Part shown: positions 1-8,222 of the stretch, piece after piece
How positions within the stretch are numbered: the stretch's first letter is position 1
Layout: every line of letters begins with the position of its first letter
Assembly (NCBI GenBank): GCA_039798685.1
Contig: JBDKFM010000002.1
Span: 1-39,219, forward strand
DNA length: 39,219 bases
DNA from: Candidatus Parcubacteria bacterium
GTDB lineage: Bacteria > Patescibacteriota > Microgenomatia > Levybacterales > UBA12049
Direction of reading: 5' to 3'
Notes under the pieces: generated by a model
Seen by the model: only the letters and a program-made list of their open reading frames with translations
Database searches by the model: none
Told to the model about the DNA's origin: nothing
Made by a program: the position numbers and the translations under genes

Positions 1-13
1 GACTGCATCTTCG

Positions 14-19
14 TATAAT
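14..19 (+). promoter_or_regulatory. -10 hexamer TATAAT, 5 nt upstream of the PBP start codon
   Basis: Read directly: cgTATAATgaggtATG. Any -35 region is lost at the window edge. GAGG is too close to the ATG to act as a normal SD. Confidence 0.4.
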
Positions 20-24
20 GAGGT

Positions 25-2235
25 ATGCACGAACTTCAGAGAGATATTGATGAGTTCCGCAAGCACCCGGAAAAGAGAGCATCAATTGCCAAATCAGTCA
101 TACGTGAACTTTGGTTGATCGGAAAAAAGCCGCTCTTTTACATATTTGTCAGTCTGATCGTTCTCCTCATCCTTACACCGGTTCTCACCTATCTCTACTT
201 TGTTCGTGACCTGGGGAGCAAAGAACGGATCACAAACCGCAATAACGGTGGCCTCGTGCTCCTAGACCGAAACGACAAACCATTTTTTACTTTTTATGAA
301 GCAAAAACCAAAAACGTGATTCCCCTCGAGAAGATCCCGAAGTTCACGCAGGAAGCAGTCATCGCAGTTGAAGACAAAGATTTCTACTCTCATGCCGGTA
401 TCTCTCCGACCAGTGTGATCAGAGCAGCACTCGCTGATATCCAGAACCGTGAAATCTCACAAGGAGGATCAACAATCACCCAGCAGCTCATCAAAAATGC
501 GTTACTTTCCCCCGAGCAGACATTTCTCAGGAAATATCAGGAAGCGATCCTTGCACTTGAAGTAGACAGACGGTATAGCAAAGACGACATTCTCGAAATG
601 TATCTCAACACTGTCTATTTTGGTGAGGGTGCATTTGGGATTCAAGACGCCGCTGAAGCATATTTCAGTAAGCCTGCCTCAGAACTCACACTCGCTGAGA
701 GCGCACTTCTTGCAGGTATTCTCCCTGCTCCCTCAGCCTACTCTCCACTCTCAGGAGATCGGGACAAGGCATTCTCGAGACAAAAAAAAGTACTGACGCA
801 GATGGCAGCACAGGGCTACATCACAAAAGAAGAAGCCACAGCAGCCGAAGAAGAAGAGATCATTTTTGATCCGAAAATCCGCGAGCTAAATGTTGAAGCA
901 CCGCATTTTGCACTCATGGTCAAAGACGAGCTGGCAAAAAAATATGGCGAACAGCAACTCGCGAGATCCGGTTATATTGTCAGAACGACACTTGATCTGA
1001 CAAACCAGGAGCATGCAGAAACAGTCGTAAAAAATCAGGTCGCACGACTACGTGGAAACAAAGCAACCAACGCCGCACTCGTCGCGATGAATCCAAAAAC
1101 AGGTGAAATCCTCAGTCTCGTTGGAAGCCATGACTGGTTTGATGAATCAAACGGAAAAATAAATATGGTTGTCAGAGCTCGCCAACCCGGATCATCCTTC
1201 AAACCGATTGTCTATGCTGATGCTCTCTCCCGCCGCCTCATCACCGCCGCTACAGAACTCGAAGACAAACCAATCACTTTCCCGGATGGCTACAAACCAA
1301 GAAACTATGACAACAAATTCAGAGACCATGTGCTGGTACGCTTCGCACTCGCCAACTCACTCAATATTCCGGCAGTCCATGTCATAGAAAAAGTAGGTGT
1401 CGCAAATACCGTCGCATTCGCCAGAAAACTCGGCATCACCTCCCTCACCTCGCCTGAAAGGTATGGCCTGTCACTCGTCCTCGGAGCAGCGGAAGTTCCT
1501 CTTCTCCAGATGACAGATGCCTATGCCGTCTTCGCAAATGGAGGGTATCTCGTCACTCCGACGACAATAATGGAGGTAAAAGATAAGAATAAAAAAACTA
1601 TTTTTACCAACGGACCAAAAAAAACATTCGTTCTTGATCAGGGTGTCGCATTTATTATCTCCTCCATTCTCTCAGACAATGAAATACGCAAAGAAACATT
1701 CGGCGGCGCACTGACCGTCTCACGTCCAGCAGCAGTAAAGACAGGAACGACTGAAAACTATCGCGATGCTCTCACGATTGGCTACACACCAAATCTCGTC
1801 GTTGGGGTCTGGGTCGGCAATAACGATAACACACCGATGGACACCGTCGCAGGGTCACTAGGAGCTGCTCCGATCTGGAGACAGGTAATGGAACAATTTT
1901 TCAAAACGCTCCCACGGGAAAATTTCACAAAACCATTCTCAATCATCGACCAGAATATCTGTAAAGAAAACGGTAAACGTGCTGAAGAGGCAACGACAAG
2001 TGCGTACACGGAATTTTTCCTGAGAGGAACTCTGCCCAAAGAACTCTGCACCAATGCACTCCCAACAGATACACCGACCCCGATTAAATCGGGGCCGACA
2101 AATGCACCTGATCCCACCGAACAGCCAACACAACAACCGACAATAAATCCGGCTGAGCAAAATGTACCAACACCAACTTTGACACAGGATAACGCAATTG
2201 AAGTCATAGGAGTCACAATAATCCCCGTGCCATAA
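25..2235 (+). CDS. Class A penicillin-binding protein (PBP1A-type bifunctional glycosyltransferase/transpeptidase)
   Basis: N-terminal TM helix. GT51 motifs EDKDFYSHAGIS, GGSTITQQL, RKYQEA. Transpeptidase motifs SSFK (SxxK), SLN (SxN), KTGTT (KTG). Pro/Thr-rich C-terminal tail. Confidence 0.93.
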   Translation: MHELQRDIDEFRKHPEKRASIAKSVIRELWLIGKKPLFYIFVSLIVLLILTPVLTYLYFVRDLGSKERITNRNNGGLVLLDRNDKPFFTFYEAKTKNVIPLEKIPKFTQEAVIAVEDKDFYSHAGISPTSVIRAALADIQNREISQGGSTITQQLIKNALLSPEQTFLRKYQEAILALEVDRRYSKDDILEMYLNTVYFGEGAFGIQDAAEAYFSKPASELTLAESALLAGILPAPSAYSPLSGDRDKAFSRQKKVLTQMAAQGYITKEEATAAEEEEIIFDPKIRELNVEAPHFALMVKDELAKKYGEQQLARSGYIVRTTLDLTNQEHAETVVKNQVARLRGNKATNAALVAMNPKTGEILSLVGSHDWFDESNGKINMVVRARQPGSSFKPIVYADALSRRLITAATELEDKPITFPDGYKPRNYDNKFRDHVLVRFALANSLNIPAVHVIEKVGVANTVAFARKLGITSLTSPERYGLSLVLGAAEVPLLQMTDAYAVFANGGYLVTPTTIMEVKDKNKKTIFTNGPKKTFVLDQGVAFIISSILSDNEIRKETFGGALTVSRPAAVKTGTTENYRDALTIGYTPNLVVGVWVGNNDNTPMDTVAGSLGAAPIWRQVMEQFFKTLPRENFTKPFSIIDQNICKENGKRAEEATTSAYTEFFLRGTLPKELCTNALPTDTPTPIKSGPTNAPDPTEQPTQQPTINPAEQNVPTPTLTQDNAIEVIGVTIIPVP

Positions 2236-2240
2236 ATGCA

Positions 2241-2654
2241 CTAAGGTTTCGGCGGAGAATTTTTTATTTTGTTAATCTGCCTGAGAGCGACAGGAGCAAA
2301 AGCAATCATCTCCTCAGGCAATAACGGCCTCGCCTGTTCTCCATCAAGAATTCCCGGACGAACTGACTGCATCACCGCATAAAGATCACCCTGCTCAGTG
2401 AGATACACAGATTCCCCGGGATTTACGCGACCTGGAATCCTTAACAACGGATGCTCTTCTCTTTCCAACTTATCACCTCTTTTTACCTCAACAGCAAGCA
2501 CCGGAACCTGATGAGGTTGGAGCTGACTCAACTGCTCCAAAAAAATCTCACGCGTTGACGTAAGAAATGCATCAACTGCATTTTCAAATCTATGCTGGGG
2601 ACTTGTTGTTTCAACAGAAGTTTCAGGTGGTAACAACTCGAGTTCGATCGCCAT
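2241..2654 (-). CDS. Hypothetical protein (137 aa)
   Basis: ORF fills the whole gap between the PBP gene and the DUF2207 gene. TATTAT lies 10 nt upstream of the ATG. No recognisable motif. Confidence 0.55.
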   Translation of the reverse strand: MAIELELLPPETSVETTSPQHRFENAVDAFLTSTREIFLEQLSQLQPHQVPVLAVEVKRGDKLEREEHPLLRIPGRVNPGESVYLTEQGDLYAVMQSVRPGILDGEQARPLLPEEMIAFAPVALRQINKIKNSPPKP

Positions 2655-2695
2655 AATGGATGGAATAATAGCTGATTTTGCCTATAATAGCAACC

Positions 2696-4486
2696 TTACC
2701 AGCTTCCGCCACCACCTCCGCCAAACCCACCTCCTGAGGATCCTCCGCTGCTGGAAAAACCGCTGCTTTTCGGAGCGGATGCGATCGAACTTGAGACAGA
2801 TGTCGCAAATGAGTTCATGCTGGATTGAAATGACATGTAATTAAACGCATGCGCACCGTAATACCATCCGCTCCCCATCTGTTTCTCAGGCAGTCCAATA
2901 TCCTTCATTGCCTGTGCAAATTTTGCAGTCAGTCCAAACACAATCGCATACGGCAACACTTCATTAAACAGATTTTTCTTCTCAAAAAATTTCTGTCTGT
3001 GTGTTTCCGCAGTTGAGATAAAAAGTCGATACCCTCTGATGCGTCGATACATCTCCCTCCCCTTTGCCGTTCTCCGCGACATAAACGGTGTCAGTATCAG
3101 GAAAAATACTCCCAGAGCCACGACACTGATTGCAACACTGACGGGATATGGCGACTCCCCGTTCACGACGTAAGAGAAAAATACAAATCCCAAAATTAGA
3201 AGTACAATTCCCAAAACAAGGTAAATTCCCCGCACTGATTCAGGGTTTTTCGGAAACAACTTTTCGGAAACCACCCGCTCGTAGAGTGATTTTTTCACAT
3301 CGGCAAGATCTGTGTAAAATTTCTGCTTCAGTGATGAGACTTTGACTTCGTCCTTCCCGTCAAACAACCTCTCAAAAAGCATTTTTTCATATGGCACGAG
3401 TTCCTTCGTCTCTGTTTTTTTTCTCTTCAAGAGATAATCAGTACTCCCGAACATCCAAGATTTTTCAACTTCAGTGATGCTGAGATATCCTCTTCCTGCC
3501 AGATCAATGATTGTTGCGACGACATCAAGTGTATCAGCCCGTTCATCACTGAGCACTCCAATTTCAGCTGGACGCAGCTTTTCAGGAGGCGTATACTCCA
3601 CAACCACCGTTTCATGCTCTCCGACTCCACGTATCCGCTCATTGTCTGAACTCACAAAAAGCCCTTTCCCCATATATGTCATATCCCGCCCGTTTTTCAG
3701 CCAGATAACAAATGCGATTCCCACTGCTCCAAGTAACAGAACGCCCAGAAATAGTAACGATGCCGGCTCAATCATTTTCTCAAATAATGTCTTTGGCTTT
3801 TGCACGACAAGAAGTGGAATTACACCTTTTTCGTACCCTGTCACAAGCGTCAGCCCTTCATTTGGCTGAAGCGGACGACTTGCAGCATATGAGACAGACT
3901 GCGCACCCTCAGCTATCGTATAGGTACACGGATCTTTATATGTCGAGTATCCCTGAAAACAGGTCGCTTGAAGCACAGGAGCACTTTCGACTTTGACACC
4001 GGCTGACGCACGTTCTATCGGAACCCCCCATCCGTTACCGGTCACATTCCAGTAAAGCTCGTCATAACCGTCAAAACCTTGCAGTATCCCTTTTACAGAA
4101 TACGTCAGCACATACCTATGTGTTCCCGAGAGTGTCTTATCTGCATCTCCAATTCGTATGTTGATATTATTCTCATTTTTCGTTACGTTCGTGGTCGCAC
4201 TCAGTCCGTCCTGCATCACACTGTCTATATGCAATTCAGTGTAATAAGGCTTCCCGTCCCGGTCATATACGTAGGGTAAATCCCTATAAATTCCATGCTT
4301 CTGAAGTGTCCCGAAATCGACTTCAATCGTCTCTTGTATCTTCACATCTCCGGTTTTTTCAACAGCAATTTCTGAATGAAATGAATCAATTACCCACCCG
4401 GTCTCCTGGGCATAAACACGTGGGGCAATAAGCGATAAGCAATAAGCGAAAAGCAGAAATAAAAATATGCCCAGAACCCGCTTCAT
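2696..4486 (-). CDS. DUF2207-family membrane protein
   Basis: Signal/TM segment MKRVLGIFLFLLFAYCLSLIAP, extracytoplasmic N-domain and several central/C-terminal TM helices. The Gly-rich tail SSGGSSGGGFGGGGGGSW is typical of DUF2207. Confidence 0.8.
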   Translation of the reverse strand: MKRVLGIFLFLLFAYCLSLIAPRVYAQETGWVIDSFHSEIAVEKTGDVKIQETIEVDFGTLQKHGIYRDLPYVYDRDGKPYYTELHIDSVMQDGLSATTNVTKNENNINIRIGDADKTLSGTHRYVLTYSVKGILQGFDGYDELYWNVTGNGWGVPIERASAGVKVESAPVLQATCFQGYSTYKDPCTYTIAEGAQSVSYAASRPLQPNEGLTLVTGYEKGVIPLLVVQKPKTLFEKMIEPASLLFLGVLLLGAVGIAFVIWLKNGRDMTYMGKGLFVSSDNERIRGVGEHETVVVEYTPPEKLRPAEIGVLSDERADTLDVVATIIDLAGRGYLSITEVEKSWMFGSTDYLLKRKKTETKELVPYEKMLFERLFDGKDEVKVSSLKQKFYTDLADVKKSLYERVVSEKLFPKNPESVRGIYLVLGIVLLILGFVFFSYVVNGESPYPVSVAISVVALGVFFLILTPFMSRRTAKGREMYRRIRGYRLFISTAETHRQKFFEKKNLFNEVLPYAIVFGLTAKFAQAMKDIGLPEKQMGSGWYYGAHAFNYMSFQSSMNSFATSVSSSIASAPKSSGFSSSGGSSGGGFGGGGGGSW

Positions 4487-4492
4487 TTCTGC

Positions 4493-4501
4493 ATTGTAGC
4501 A
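4493..4501 (-). promoter_or_regulatory. Extended -10 promoter TGCTACAAT, 6 nt upstream of the DUF2207 ATG (leaderless arrangement)
   Basis: Minus strand reads gTGCTACAATgcagaaATG. Confidence 0.5.
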
Positions 4502-4541
4502 CGGAGATTGAGAGTTGAATAGTTACACAGAAATTAGAAAA

Positions 4542-5255
4542 CTATCGTGTAGGTGTGAGATATGTTTTTATTTCTCCGTAAATACTTGGCACCAAATGAG
4601 GTTCATGCTCAAAGACATGCGCGTCGCCCCATTTTGAGATGACTCTCCCATCCTTCGTCAAAATTCCCGCGTGGCTTGGATCAAGAACAAAATCATTGTA
4701 GTAAAGCGCGATTGCCCCTGGTACCGGATGGCTTGCTTCATATCTTGCTCCCCCCTCTTCCTCCCAAAATGTCGCAAAGTCCTGTCCAGCAGGAAATTGA
4801 AACGCGTAATTAAAACACACCTCACCAGGTATCCGTTCTTCAGCCCGCTGCACGAGAAAAATTCCATCTATATCGAGCACTGCATCAACCTGATTCCTCG
4901 CAAGATACTCATCGATGACATGTCTTTGAGGGGTCACTTCCTGACCCATATGACGTGCGATGCGGTCATACAACTCGCGCCCGCGTCGTTTCAAACGAGC
5001 TGAAGCGGGATCACCCTCCTGCCTATACACAGAATGAAGAAGCAGCAACACCATAATCTGATGATCCAAGATATCATAAGAACGTGCTATTTCCCGAAAC
5101 GCCATCTCATGATCCTCTGTAAAACCAGGACGTAAATATCGAAGCACTCTCTCTTCAAGAGGGGTAAATGAAGTCACATCTCCCGAAGATACTTCAGGAC
5201 TCTCAGCCTGAAGCATCGAGAGCTGTCTATAAGGTTGCTGATCAGTTTCAATCAT
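4542..5255 (-). CDS. Hypothetical protein; C-terminal part weakly NlpC/P60 (papain-like) in pattern
   Basis: 237-aa ORF starting 23 nt downstream of the HExxH gene. Pattern GEVCFNY ...(about 50 aa)... PGAIALYYNDFVLDPSHAGILTKDGRVISKWG resembles the Cys...His spacing and the G-x-hydrophobic...H-x-G-I strand of NlpC/P60. Pattern recognition only. Confidence 0.55.
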   Translation of the reverse strand: MIETDQQPYRQLSMLQAESPEVSSGDVTSFTPLEERVLRYLRPGFTEDHEMAFREIARSYDILDHQIMVLLLLHSVYRQEGDPASARLKRRGRELYDRIARHMGQEVTPQRHVIDEYLARNQVDAVLDIDGIFLVQRAEERIPGEVCFNYAFQFPAGQDFATFWEEEGGARYEASHPVPGAIALYYNDFVLDPSHAGILTKDGRVISKWGDAHVFEHEPHLVPSIYGEIKTYLTPTR

Positions 5256-5278
5256 AGTAAAAAATGACTCACTAAAAA

Positions 5279-6367
5279 TTATTTCGGAAAAAGCTCTTCA
5301 TGTATGCCTTGAGCAGCTGCATCAGATGCTACCTGGGTATCAAAAATGTTGTGATCGGTAAAGAACGAGCGTTTCGGATCAGGATCATGAAGCAATGACT
5401 GAAATGAGGTGTACGTTTCAAGCGACTCCCATTTCACCTGAGATATTTGATCTTCAGTCGATCCCGTAAATTCAGACTCTAATCTTCGAACTTGAGCATA
5501 AGGCAACAGATTATGTGCGATGAAACTAGCATAAAAAGCGGCAAGTTCGTTCACTACAGACGGGAAATCAGTGAGTCCATCGACATGTTGCAGACCATGT
5601 TTCCTTTCATGCACTACGACCCCATATATCTCAAGCACCTGCGCGACACTCAGAGGAGCACTACTTCCGTCATCATCAACACCTATTCCGATCACGATAG
5701 ATTTTAAACCCGGATAAAATGCGCCACTCCCTATCCCATGCTGCCTTGTAAAAAAAATTGCATTCACATTTTGCTCCAACAATGGTCGTCCCGTTACATT
5801 CAGTAAATCGTGAATAGCATGAACTAAAGCTGTGTCCTCCTCACCATGTACATATGAGACTTCATCAATTCGTGTCACAGACGACTCTGCTGAGTACTCT
5901 CCGTCAGCATCGACACTGCCTCTGGGCACAAAAAGCACCCCTCCCACTCCGTCATGTATCGCAATTTCATCCTCGATCAACATCGGATGGCCTGAGATAT
6001 GCGCTTCTATCATCAAATTGAGTTCATTTCCTGCAATTACCGTTAAGAGATGTGATCTTCTTCTTTGGCTATTCCATACAGAGCGCTTCTTCGTTGATTC
6101 TTTGTCTGACGCCTTACTCACGCGGTAACGTACTTCCTGGGAGAGAGACTCAAGCGCTTCCGCTTCACGCGGTCGCACTCGATACATTGTCTCAAGTGCC
6201 CTATCCATAAACATCTCCGGACTGATTTGTGCCAACGGTGCATATGAGGTCATGACAGCACCACGTAGATCCTGACGGAGTTCCCGGATTGACCGTTGCC
6301 CGATACTCTCAATGGGTTCACCTTCCTGCGCATCAACTCTCGGAAAATATCCGTTTTCCTGCAACAT
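5279..6367 (-). CDS. Hypothetical protein with HExxH motif (putative gluzincin-like metallopeptidase)
   Basis: VVVHERKHGLQH contains HExxH, followed 17 residues later by NELAA (a possible third ligand Glu). The track start at 6376 is TTG. I prefer the ATG at 6367, which sits 8 nt downstream of TGCTACTAT. Confidence 0.6.
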   Translation of the reverse strand: MLQENGYFPRVDAQEGEPIESIGQRSIRELRQDLRGAVMTSYAPLAQISPEMFMDRALETMYRVRPREAEALESLSQEVRYRVSKASDKESTKKRSVWNSQRRRSHLLTVIAGNELNLMIEAHISGHPMLIEDEIAIHDGVGGVLFVPRGSVDADGEYSAESSVTRIDEVSYVHGEEDTALVHAIHDLLNVTGRPLLEQNVNAIFFTRQHGIGSGAFYPGLKSIVIGIGVDDDGSSAPLSVAQVLEIYGVVVHERKHGLQHVDGLTDFPSVVNELAAFYASFIAHNLLPYAQVRRLESEFTGSTEDQISQVKWESLETYTSFQSLLHDPDPKRSFFTDHNIFDTQVASDAAAQGIHEELFPK

Positions 6368-6375
6368 ACCGGACA

Positions 6376-6384
6376 ATAGTAGCA
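6376..6384 (-). promoter_or_regulatory. Extended -10 promoter TGCTACTAT, 8 nt upstream of the ATG at 6367
   Basis: Minus strand reads tcTGCTACTATtgtccggtATG. Confidence 0.45.
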
Positions 6385-6421
6385 GAAATGAAGCTATTTA
6401 TCAAACTATGGGTTGTATCGA

Positions 6422-6988
6422 TTACGTAGAAAGCTCTTCATCGTCATCTTCTTCTATACTCCCAAATGTCTCTTTATTCTCATCGACATGCGGCAAAAGT
6501 GTCTCAAGAATCCTCACATATCGCACAGGATTATGCACGGCATACAACTCAGCACACTCATTAAGACGCCAATCAAAAAGAGTCAATGTGCCGTAATTTA
6601 GCATCTTTCCAAGCACGCTCTGACTGATTCCGACCTGTTTGATATTTTGTATTCCGTGATGCTCGACTTTCTTAAAAAACACCCCCCTCTTATGCGCGAT
6701 TCCGTGAGGCGAAATTTCATAATACTCATTTACCCACTCCATAACGACATACACAGTCAACGCTGATTCGACGAGACTGAGAAGAATAAGTGACGAGAGA
6801 CCAAAAAGTGGATCATCAACAGGCAGCCACGCCTGAAGTCCTGTTGAGTAAAGTGAGTAGTATAAAATGATGAGCAGTACAGTCGTCAAGACATCAGCAA
6901 AAATAAGTTTCACAACCAAAAATGAGATACTCATCCTCACATTGACGTGATCAACTGCGATTTTTTTCGTTTTTTCGTTTGGCTGCAT
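6422..6988 (-). CDS. Membrane protein with bacterial PH domain (bPH_2 / YdbT-YdbS-like, DUF304)
   Basis: Two TM helices, then YYEISPHGIAHKRGVFFKKVEHHGIQNIKQVGISQSVLGKMLNYGTLTLFD, typical of membrane-flanked bPH domains. The track start at 7024 is TTG. The ATG at 6988 is preceded by TACCAT and a 7-nt spacer. Confidence 0.7.
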   Translation of the reverse strand: MQPNEKTKKIAVDHVNVRMSISFLVVKLIFADVLTTVLLIILYYSLYSTGLQAWLPVDDPLFGLSSLILLSLVESALTVYVVMEWVNEYYEISPHGIAHKRGVFFKKVEHHGIQNIKQVGISQSVLGKMLNYGTLTLFDWRLNECAELYAVHNPVRYVRILETLLPHVDENKETFGSIEEDDDEELST

Positions 6989-7053
6989 CCTCACTATGGT
7001 ATCGCTCCTCTTTGGGAAATACAAGCAGTGGTATCACTTCGCTATGGAGATGT

Positions 7054-7449
7054 TTATGCAGTCCCCACACTCGGATCCTGCTCCATGAGGCTGAAAATAT
7101 TTTCTTCTGTATCTTTACAGTACACAACCCACCCTACACCGGAGACGGGTTTTTTTGAGACAATGACTTTCCCACCATTCTCAATCACCCGTCCGACTGC
7201 GTCCTCAATATCCTCAACATCGACAGTATTCACAAATCCATTTACTGGTTGACCCTCTTTTGGTTTTCCTGCCTTCCTTCTCATAATCGCGCCGTCAATT
7301 CCGGGAGTGTCTGATGTACCGGTTGTGATAAGCCAGTATTCCTGTGGACCATTCCAACGCAGTATTTCCCAGCCAAACACAGACGTATAAAACGCCGATG
7401 CTCGCTCAGGATCTTCTGCATGGATCTCAAAATGCACAACTCGTGCCAT
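7054..7449 (-). CDS. VOC (glyoxalase/bleomycin-resistance/dioxygenase) family protein
   Basis: MARVVHFEIHAEDPERASAFYTSVFGWEI... is a typical VOC N-terminus. The track's N-terminal extension (to 7665) overlaps the cupredoxin gene and was trimmed to the ATG at 7449, 7 nt after the cupredoxin stop. Confidence 0.8.
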   Translation of the reverse strand: MARVVHFEIHAEDPERASAFYTSVFGWEILRWNGPQEYWLITTGTSDTPGIDGAIMRRKAGKPKEGQPVNGFVNTVDVEDIEDAVGRVIENGGKVIVSKKPVSGVGWVVYCKDTEENIFSLMEQDPSVGTA

Positions 7450-7456
7450 AGGGGTA

Positions 7457-7984
7457 TTACTGAACAATAAGCTTGCCGACCATTCCCATCTGGCGATGGT
7501 TGCCGACTGAGCAGTAGAATTCGTATGTTCCGGCTTTATCTGCAACAAATGTAATCGTATCGCTCTGTCCTGCTGAGAGCACTTTTGTCCGTGCTTCCTC
7601 GAACTCATCGACAACCCAATCGTGCATGCCTGTTTTATTATTGAGAGTGATCGTGACTTTATCACCTTTCTTCACTGTAATAGTCGTAGGATTGAACTTA
7701 AAGCTTGTTGATTCGATAGTAAACGATTTTTCAGTAGCAGACATCGCGGATTCACTTCCTGATGAGGGAGTTGTTTCCTCAGTGACCTCAACCATTGCGC
7801 CTTCAGGAGTCGGCGACACAACAGCCGTCTCTTCAGTCGTTGCTGGTACCGATGTTTTTGATTGATTCATAAAAAACACTGCACCGAGTATGCCAAGCAC
7901 AATCACGACAAATACGCCGATAAGAATCATGTTTTTGTTGCTTCCTGCTGGCTGTGGAGCTGATGAGGATGTATTCTCGTCCAT
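7457..7984 (-). CDS. Membrane-anchored cupredoxin (type 1 blue-copper, plastocyanin/azurin-like) protein
   Basis: N-terminal TM helix and a Thr/Ser/Glu-rich linker. Cupredoxin domain with candidate Cu ligands H (GMHDW), C (FYCS), H (GNH) and M (QMGM). Confidence 0.8.
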   Translation of the reverse strand: MDENTSSSAPQPAGSNKNMILIGVFVVIVLGILGAVFFMNQSKTSVPATTEETAVVSPTPEGAMVEVTEETTPSSGSESAMSATEKSFTIESTSFKFNPTTITVKKGDKVTITLNNKTGMHDWVVDEFEEARTKVLSAGQSDTITFVADKAGTYEFYCSVGNHRQMGMVGKLIVQ

Positions 7985-7993
7985 GAGATGTTT

Positions 7994-8023
7994 ACTATAC
8001 TATAGTAAATTTATTCTTGTCAA
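7994..8023 (-). promoter_or_regulatory. Sigma-70-type promoter TTGACA-18-TATAGT, 9 nt upstream of the cupredoxin ATG, overlapped by a perfect 9+1+9 palindrome
   Basis: Minus strand reads gggTTGACAagaataaatttactatagTATAGTaaacatctcATG. The palindrome TTTACTATAcTATAGTAAA lies at 7991-8009. Confidence 0.5.
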
Positions 8024-8071
8024 CCCTAAACGGATAACCGACATCTTCACATTCTCTAGAGAAAGGAATTT

Positions 8072-8206
8072 TTAATCTCTCTCGAGTCCGACCGGACCAC
8101 GGAGTTCAGTCGTCTCCTTAATCTGCTCCCTGTTTAGCAGCATATAAAGACTAATACAAAGTACCAGTATGACGAGTATGATCGCTGCAATATTTTCATT
8201 CTTCAT
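8072..8206 (-). CDS. Small (44 aa) single-TM hypothetical protein
   Basis: MKNENIAAIILVILVLCISLYMLLNRE... The ATG at 8206 is preceded by TATACT and a 6-nt spacer, the same geometry as other genes here. The longer track ORF (to 8257) overlaps the upstream gene. Confidence 0.4.
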   Translation of the reverse strand: MKNENIAAIILVILVLCISLYMLLNREQIKETTELRGPVGLERD

Positions 8207-8222
8207 ATTCCAAGTATACAAC

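Noticed and set aside
4425-4452. Tandem 14-nt duplication (gcaataagcgataa / gcaataagcgaaaa) in the signal-peptide region of the DUF2207 gene, a possible slipped-strand phase-variation site
   Set aside because: Only two imperfect copies are present. Contingency loci normally have many perfect units. It is more likely a by-product of the Leu/Ala-rich hydrophobic coding sequence.
7450-7665. N-terminal extensions of track ORFs (7054-7665 here; also 22749-23645, 24269-25330, 25217-25978, 16121-16975, 27354-28796, 36796-37716, 28832-30007)
   Set aside because: The extensions overlap neighbouring genes, promoters or the riboswitch, and several begin with TTG. Each contains an internal ATG that starts the conserved domain and is preceded by a -10 element at 5-8 nt. 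Starts were trimmed accordingly.
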